From assembly GCF_001194135.2 (NCBI RefSeq), contig NC_068987.1:109014281-109056758 (forward strand): DNA of 42,478 nt, given 5' to 3'. This stretch comes from Octopus bimaculoides (Eukaryota). The notes under the pieces were generated by a model. That model worked only from the letters and a program-made list of their open reading frames with translations, made no database searches and had not been told where the DNA came from. Below are positions 34,628 through 42,478 of this stretch, in pieces. The position numbers and the translations under genes are program-made. The stretch's first letter is position 1; every line of letters begins with the position of its first letter.

Positions 34628-35287
34628 GTCACTATTCAGTTTATTTCAAGATTTCTTACTAGTGGAGAGTGAGCCTGTTTCTAACCTAGCTCCAAGGTTC
34701 CTTTATTAGAATCTCAACAACATCAACAGGATATTTTTGCATTTATGTGTGTATATGTGCAGTTTTGGAGTCAGTGCATGTGCAGATTTGTATGTTTTCT
34801 TTTATATATCCTCATGCATATAGCTACATATCTTGATATGCTCATATATACTTAAATGATAAACTTTTGGAAAGTTTTACAGATTTTTACAGTTCCTGTG
34901 ATGGCTTGGATCTGTAGTCTTCAAATCAGCTTTCTCCTTTCTGGCTTTGAGAAGCCAAATTTCTGAAAATTGGTACTTAAACAGTGTTACATATTCCAGT
35001 TCCCTAATAATTACAGGTATAAGCCTGAACTTGTAATCTCGTCAGAGTAACTGAAGATTTCTCAATAGTTCAACATAGGTGTTCTCTTTTTCGCTGATCA
35101 TTACCTTTATGTTCACATCCACAACTGTACAAAGTTTCTCTTCTCTATCCCAAATCATATTATCAGGTCTGTTGTGTTCACTGCTTTTAATATGAGTGCT
35201 ATGGCCTCTACCATACTGTGGATTCTTATTTCTTTCGCCTCAGGATTATCTCTCCGATGGATTTCATTATATAGTGTCCTGGCTACT
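34628..35287 (-). mobile_element. 5'-truncated RLE (R4-like) non-LTR element: endonuclease 34852-35287 + 3'UTR, ending in (CATA)n
   Basis: VARTLYNEIHRRD...HNRPDNMIWDREEKLCTVV..DVNI...EKENTY.ELLRNLQLL..YKFRLIPVII...LQIQAITGTVKICKTFQKFII*. Confidence 0.88.
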
Positions 35288-35294
35288 TATGTAT

Positions 35295-35408
35295 GTCATT
35301 ACTCAGCTTATTTCAAGATTTCTTGTCAATAGAGAAAGAGCCAGTTTCTAACCTAGATCCAAGTCTCCTTCATTGGAATTTCAACATCAGCAACAGGGTA
35401 GTTTTGCA
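35295..35408 (-). mobile_element. Second, shorter 3'-UTR copy of the same RLE family
   Basis: TTATTTCAAGATTTCTT...GTTTCTAACCTAG.TCCAAG matches 34640-34745; TATG repeats lie on both sides. Confidence 0.88.
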
Positions 35409-35422
35409 TGTATGTATGTATG

Positions 35423-35456
<34 letters not shown>

Positions 35457-35477
35457 TGCACTTCTATATGTATTGGA

Positions 35478-35572
35478 CTGTCCGGAGGTGTAGTATATTT
35501 GCCCAAGGTGCCACACAGTGGGATTGAACCCTGAACCAAGTGGTTGGGAAGCAAACTACTTACCAGCGCCTA
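35478..35572 (-). mobile_element. Family-B head/CORE fragment
   Basis: TTGCCCAAGGTGCCACACAGTGGGATTGAACCC. Confidence 0.8.
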
Positions 35573-35987
35573 CACATACACACACACACACATACATAAA
35601 TAGGTATACATAAATAAACGTGTATCTGTCTATGTGGGTGAGTGTATGTACATATATATATATATATATATATANNNNNNNNNNNNNNNNNNNNNNNNNN
35701 NNNNNNNNNNNNNNNNNNNNNNNNNNNNNNNNNNNNNNNNNNNNNNNNNNNNNNNNNNNNNNNNNNNNNNNNNNNNNNNNNNNNNNNNNNNNNNNNNNNN
35801 NNNNNNNNNNNNNNNNNNNNNNNNNNNNNNNNNNNNNNNNNNNNNNNNNNNNNNNNNNNNNNNNNNNNNNNNNNNNNNNNNNNNNNNNNNNNNNNNNNNN
35901 NNNNNNNNNNNNTATATACATATATATATGTATATGTGTGTGTGTAAACTTACGTATGTACATATATATGTATACATATACATACAG

Positions 35988-36021
<34 letters not shown>

Positions 36022-36548
36022 GTATACACACACACACATGTACACACTCACACATACACACACACATTCATACGTATGCACATAGAGAAAGAGAGTCTGT
36101 CTTACCGAGTGTTATTCCACCTAATAAGCCAGTAAAAGATTTGATGCCTGCATGGTGCTGAATAAATTATCTTACTTAAAACTGACATTATATCGATAAA
36201 CGAAGACAGACAGCAACAATACAAGAAGAGTGAAAAATAAGAATAAAATAAAATAAAATTAAAAAAACAGATATAAATAGATAAGAGCAAGAACAAAATC
36301 CTCGAAGACCATAACCAAACTCCAGCGACGATCACAATTTCGCATGAGACTTTTCACCGACGCATTCGCTGCCATTTTTCTGACGATGTCGGTTAATCAC
36401 AATCCAACACCTACAATAACTTATGTCAGCTCGTTCATGGCTGACTGGCGGGCGAAGGTGCTTCACCACCATCACAGCCATCATCACAACCAACACCAAC
36501 ACCAACACCACCACCATTACTACTAGTAGTAGTAGTAGTAGTAGCAGC

Positions 36549-36579
<31 letters not shown>

Positions 36580-36976
36580 TCATTGCTGCTGCTGCTGCTC
36601 TGCTGTTGCAAGGAGTTCGACTTCCGTTTCATATTCACATTGAATAATAAATAGAGCCGATCGGTTTAGCTTTAAGGTTAGGATCCGCCATATCTATTAG
36701 ACTTATTAACGTTGACAGGCAATAGACTTTGTTGAATATTAAACAGCTTAGTACCCTGTAAAACATATATGTGAGTGGAAGGAAATAACTCATTCGGTGA
36801 ATGAGTTACACCTGACCATGTCAATAGTATGTCGGTTTCTAGGCTGAAGTGTCAAGGTTTCGAATAATGCTGTTGTCGCTGGTGTGACATTTAAGTCAGT
36901 TGTTAATGTATTTGATGCACGGAACACGAAATATGCTAAACAGAAATAAATATACAATGAGGCAAAATATATCATT

Positions 36977-37178
36977 TCAGGCATGGCTGTGTGGTTAAGA
37001 AGCTCAATTTATAACCATGTGGTTTCGGGTTCGGTCCCACTGCGTAGCAATCTGCACAAATGTGTTCTGCTATAGCCCTTGGCTGGCAAATACTTTGTGA
37101 GTGAATTTGGTAGACCGGAAACTGAAAGAAGCTCATTATGTATGTGTGTGTATATGGGTGTGTGTGCATGTATATATA

Positions 37179-37218
<40 letters not shown>

Positions 37219-37810
37219 TTTGTGTATGTGCGTGTGTGTGTCTGTGTGTGTGCGAAAGGCGCCTCTACGCAATATAAAACCAAAATGGAAAAGTTCAATA
37301 ATCACTAGTTGTGACTGAGGATGCAGGGTAGGACCTACATTGCTAGAAATAAGAGCTAAAAAGCCCTTACAGCCACACTAAGCACATTTCATATATACTG
37401 ACTGCGGTGGTGGGGGTGTACGTGTGTCTTTATGTCTGTGTTTCTCTCCAACAACGATTTGACAATCCATGTGGGTGTGTATATGACCCCGTAACAAGGT
37501 GGCTCGGCAAAGAGATCGACACAATAAGTACCCAGCTTTAAAAACATAGGTTCAGGAATCTATTCATTTGACTACATAGATAGATAGATAGATTCGTATC
37601 TATGTGTTTCCTCCTGCTTCTCTTTGTTTCGTGACCGTTGCTGGTTTATTTCCTTCTTCATAATTTATCCTGGCAAAAGAAACTGGTGAAATAAATACCA
37701 GACTTAAAGAAAAACATAAGTACCGGGCTCGATTTTTTCCAACTAAACTTTTCAATGTGGTACCCCAGCATGGCCACGGTCCAATGACTGAAACAAATAA
37801 AAGATACAAG
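36977..37810 (+). mobile_element. Diverged family-B SINE(s): 5' half, (TG)n, unrelated insert, two 3' halves
   Basis: Head at 36977; tail GGTACCCCAGCATGGCCACGGTCCAATGACTGAAAC at ~37760-37795. Confidence 0.75.
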
Positions 37811-38250
37811 ATTAATCAGTGGTTAATAGATACTTTTATATTTATTTTAGCAGGTACGAGAGAGAATTTGTAAATTTCGAACGAGGCTTACACTACGCCA
37901 TTGTTGACTGAAAGGAGGGGGGGCAGAGAGACAGAAAGCAACAGAGAGGTAAGTCGGTGAGAGAGGAAGGAGAGAGAGAAAGAGAGAGAAAGAGAGGCGG
38001 GGAGACATCACACAGAAAGTATTCACCTGATCAGGTGAAAATAAGAGAGGTGCGTAGCGTTATAATTAATAAGTTCCGAAATTTAAACAGAAACACAACA
38101 AAGGAACAAACGCAAAATTCAAACGCAAGATTCCTCGTCAGTGATCGTCCAAAAGATCCTTACATTTCCACGCCTTTAAACGATAATATTGTTCACTTTT
38201 GATGGCGTCAACATCGAGAAGCTGCTGGGAAACGTTATATTTATATATTT

Positions 38251-38310
38251 ATACGACGGGCTTTTTTACATTTTTCGTCTAATAAATTCACTCCGTAGGC
38301 TTTGGTCGGC
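38251..38310 (-). mobile_element. Family-B body fragment abutting TA/CATA microsatellites (38311-38655)
   Basis: TACGACGGGCTT...GGCTTTGGTCGGC. Confidence 0.7.
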
Positions 38311-38363
38311 ATATATGCATACATTCATACTTCCATACATACATGCATGCACGCATATATGCA

Positions 38364-38457
<94 letters not shown>

Positions 38458-39452
38458 CTTGCATTCATAATACATTGCATGCATACATACATACACACAT
38501 ACATGCATGCGTACATACATTCATACATAATATGCATACATACATATATGCGTACATACATATAAGCATGCATACATATATGCGTACATATAAGTATCCA
38601 TACATGCAGGCATACATACATGCATACATAAATACATACATACATACATACTTAAACACGTGATGTAGAATTCTTCCAATCTGCTGCTTCAAAGCTGAAG
38701 TATTGACATACAGAAGCCAGTCGTTGCTTGCAGGCCCTCATCATAACATCTATCGACATCATCTAACTGCAGATGTGGAGTCATTCACACCAAGCGGAGA
38801 AAGACTAGTGGTGGGGGGTGAGATGAAGGAAGAAAGACAAAGTCGAGGCGTGAGAAGCAATGAGAAGACACACACACACACACACAACACACACCAATAC
38901 ATATATATGCACATATGTGTGTATGTTTATATGTCTGTACGTCTATCACTATGTATGTATGTATGGATGTATGTATGTATGTATGTATGCATGTATGTAT
39001 GTATGTATGTATGAATGCATGTATGTATATATGCTTGTATGAATGTACGTATTATGTATATATATATATGAATGTCTGTATTGCTTTTGTTATTATCAAT
39101 TTCAGCCATGATCATACCATGTGTTGCAAGATAATTTTTGCAATCCAGTTTGAATGACCCTTCAAAACAAAAGGTGTTTCTCTTATTTATAACTGAAGAA
39201 ATAAACCATTTACCGATTTAGGTTGGCGGAGTCGGCATCATTCTATAAAGAAACGTCCAAAAAGACATTTTAGATGGTCTTTTACCCCTCCTCGTCTGAT
39301 GTTCATGGTGCCATGTTGCATTTATGTGTGTATATTTATATATGTAGGTATGATTGTATGGGCAGACGAATGTATTAATGTAGAAGACAAGAATGTATTA
39401 ATGTGGAAGACGAGTTGTAAGGTCCATACATACATACATACAAGAATAGAGT

Positions 39453-39834
39453 GGAGGCGCGATGGCTCAGTGGTTAGGGCAGCGGACTCGCGGTCATAGG
39501 ATCGTGGTTTCGATTCCCAGACCGGGCGTTGTGAGTGTTTATTGAGCGAAAACACCTAAAGCTCCACGAGGCTCCGGCAGGGGATGGTGGCGAACTCTGC
39601 TGTACTCTTTCACCACAACTTTCTCTCACTCTTACTTCCTGTTTCTGTTGTACCTGTAATTCAAAGGGTCAGCCTTGTCACACTGTGTCACGCTGAATAT
39701 CCCCGAGAACTACGTTAAGGGTACACGTGTCTGTGGAGTGCTCAGCAACTTGCACGTTAATTTCACGAGCAGGCTGTTCCGTTGATTGGATCAACTGGAA
39801 CCCTCGTCGTCGTAAGCGACGGAGTGCCAACAAC
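39453..39834 (+). mobile_element. SINE family C, full length (tRNA-Arg-like head, CORE-like segment, conserved tail; OR1-like from memory)
   Basis: A box TGGCTCAGTGG, B box GTTTCGATTCC; tail ends ...CGTAAGCGACGGAGTGCCAACAAC. Confidence 0.88.
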
Positions 39835-39984
39835 TCGAATAGTGTGCATATATATAATTGTATACATACATACATATATTTTTATAAATATGAAATCGAA
39901 ATTTATACCCATAACATAAAGAAACAGATTGGCATAACCGAAATTTGAATCTTCTGCATAAGGAGACAAATTGTTAATATCAGC

Positions 39985-40110
39985 AGAGCGGTGAACAAAA
40001 TAGAGGCGATCTGGAACGTTCTGAGTTCGAATCACGCCGAAGTTAACATTAAATTTACTCTTCCACGGTCGAGAAAATAAAGTTCCGATCAAGTACTGGA
40101 GTTCGCTTAT
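39985..40110 (+). mobile_element. Degenerate family-A SINE
   Basis: ACGTTCTGAGTTCGAATCACGCCGAAGTTAAC. Confidence 0.6.
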
Positions 40111-40454
40111 ATCCTTATTATACATTCTTGATGTGAATAGAATTATACTGGAAGGCGTTATACCATTATTGTCATGTAGCAGACTTTTCGGAAAGGAAGT
40201 AGGAAATTAAAACTTTCAGAGGTGTTGGTTTCAAGAACATTATTAATTATGAATGACTAATTATCAATTATTGATCAGTAATTAGGAATTATTAAACAAT
40301 GAATTATGGCTTCAAGTCAAAAACGAGACTAGAGTCTATTTCATATTACTTATTGTTGAAGCTGTTTTGCCTCAATTCTGCCCTATTCATGACAGGGTAT
40401 TTGCTATGTGCTATGGTGTCAAATGTAGATTCTTAAGTGGTTTAAGTGGCCTGG

Positions 40455-40771
40455 TTCTCCGTCGGTTACGACGATGACTGTTGCAGTTGATTCGACCAGC
40501 GGAAGACTTTGCTCGTGAAATTAACGTGTAAGTGGTTGAGCGCTCCACAGACACAGTACCCTTAATGATTTCTCAAGGAGATTTAGCGTGACACAGGCTG
40601 TGAAAAAGCTGGCCCTTTGAATTACAGATACAACTTATTTTTGCCAGCTGAGTGGACTGGGCTAACGACAAATCAAGTGTGTCGCTCAAAAGCCAAACAC
40701 ATCGCCGGGAATTGGACTCACGACCTCACGATCGTGAGCCGAATGCCCTAACCACTCAGCCATTATTCGCC
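40455..40771 (-). mobile_element. Family C/D hybrid SINE (D-type head and body, C-type tail)
   Basis: Head TGGCTGAGTGGTTAGGGCATTCGGCTCACGATCGTGAGG; the last ~170 bp match 39661-39830. Confidence 0.85.
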
Positions 40772-40920
40772 TTCTCAGTAGACTTGGCCATTCAGTCATG
40801 CGTGTGTATGTGCGTGTGAGAGAGAGAAAGATAGAAAGGGGGAGAGAGACAGACAGAGGGCAGAGAGAGGAAAGGGGGAGAAAATGAAACGATAAAAGAA
40901 TAAATATTATATTTTGAATT

Positions 40921-41079
40921 TCATGAGCTTACAGCTGTTTCCTCTATAGGATGCAGTGGACTCATAGTAGAGTGTCTGAGACGGTCATATTCGAGGCTCC
41001 GATGTAGGTTTAAGGTGCCACTCATGTACTCAACTATGAGCGCAACGCACCTTAAGTAGAAACAGCTGTTAGCTAATGA
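40921..41079. repeat. Old inverted repeat: 21-bp outer arms (2 mismatches) + 12-bp inner arms (1 mismatch)
   Basis: TCATGAGCTTACAGCTGTTTC / GAAACAGCTGTTAGCTAATGA and CTCATAGTAGAG (40961) / CTCAACTATGAG (41029). Confidence 0.75.
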
Positions 41080-41174
41080 TAATCGTTTATTTCTTTGTGA
41101 TCTTTTTTTTTATTATTACCCCTCTTCACTTGTCTAACATTATATATGTATGTATGTATATCTTTATGTGTGTA

Positions 41175-41670
41175 TGCCTTGGGTCTGTGTTTGCCCCCAC
41201 CACCCATCGCTTTACAACAAACGTTTGTCTTTTTAGGTCCCCGTCAGTTAGCAGTACGGCCAAGAAACCGATAGAATAAGTACTAGGCTTACAAAGAATA
41301 AGTCCTGGTGTCTTTTTATTCCATTACAACCCTTTAAGGTGGCNNNNNNNNNNCAAAGTGTTTTCTAGTATAGCCCCGGCCCGACAAAGCCTTGTGAGTG
41401 GATTTGGCAGACGGAAACTAAAAGAAGCCCGTCGTATATACATACGTATGTATGTATGTGATCTATGTGTTTGTGTTTGTTTCCCTACCATCGCTTCACA
41501 ACCAACGTCGGGGTGTTTACGTCCCCGTAACTTAGCGGTTCGGCAAAATGGACCGATAGAATAAGTAACAGAGTTACAAAAAATAAGTCCTGGTGCCGAT
41601 TTGTTCGACTAAAGGTAGTGCTCCAGCATGGCCACAGTCAAATGACTGAAACAAATAAACGAATAAAAGA
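41175..41670 (+). mobile_element. Two family-B SINE pieces (41175-41343; 41354-41670) separated by a 10-N gap
   Basis: CORE/body, short internal TATG run, and complete tail CAGCATGGCCACAGTCAAATGACTGAAAC. Confidence 0.9.
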
Positions 41671-41677
41671 ATAATAG

Positions 41678-41756
<79 letters not shown>

Positions 41757-41833
41757 CATATAAACATATACATTCATATACATATGTTTATGTGCATGCA
41801 TGTATGTATGTATGTATGTATATCTATATATTC

Positions 41834-41866
<33 letters not shown>

Positions 41867-42478
41867 TACATATATAGGACCGCATTATTCAAAAATGTTC
41901 GTTTTTTGTCATTGAATACAGGTAGGGTGTTATTTGGAGAATGTTTGAAGAATGTTCGACTACTATTTCTAGCAAGTGCTGTGACTACGATCAATCCGTC
42001 ATGTTTCCGGCTTTCAGACAACCATCTAATCTACAAACATAAACCTATTTTGTCTGGTAAATTTTCAATGAATATAAAAAATATCATATTTTAGATATTG
42101 GGTGGCTGTGGTGACGTTAGCAAAGCATGTGAGTGTTTGATTGACATCTGCCAGAGCTGGATCAATGCTCACAGTAATCAAGCGATAAAGACTCTCCGTA
42201 ATGAGGATCTGCTAAATGTATTAAGTGGAGAATTTTCTAATTAACTGTTGAAATTGAAACGTCCACTTGGTGTGTTTAATGTTGTTTCTTAGCTCATTCT
42301 TCTGTTGCACTTGACTGAACAATCATAAATATTTGTATTTGCTTCAAAAGCGGCGAATAATATACATTCTGTCACGCACGCACGCACACACACATAAACA
42401 CACACACACACATAAACACACACACACACACACATATGTATACACATAAACGCATACATATATATATATATATATATA

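Noticed and set aside
39453-39525. Possible tRNA-Arg gene
   Set aside because: No proper acceptor stem or terminator; it continues directly into SINE body and tail.

Overview
This is AT-rich, microsatellite-dense eukaryotic DNA with 11 assembly gaps (about 3.8 kb of N). I find no supportable host-gene exon, rRNA, true tRNA or CRISPR, so the window is intronic or intergenic. The SINE repertoire (tRNA-headed CORE-type and other families) looks like Octopus; that is inference from recalled octopus SINE families, not a database result. All recognisable coding sequence is decayed retroelement: at least 8 pieces of restriction-like-endonuclease (R4/Dong-type) non-LTR elements sitting mostly in (AAT)n or (CATA)n microsatellites, a Penelope-like GIY-YIG endonuclease ORF, an L1/Tx1-type RT fragment and a CR1/L2-group LINE 3' end. 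There are also about 30 SINE copies from four modular families, an 83-bp-arm hairpin MITE and a solo mariner TIR. The best leads are: (1) a minimal hammerhead ribozyme in a ~230-bp (TA)n-flanked element at 8.7-8.9 kb, plus three weaker hammerhead-like sites; (2) an RLE retrotransposon that appears to target (CATA)n; (3) a LINE whose 3' tail stem-loop is shared, with compensatory changes, by the commonest SINE; (4) a five-SINE array separated by a repeated ~17-bp spacer.
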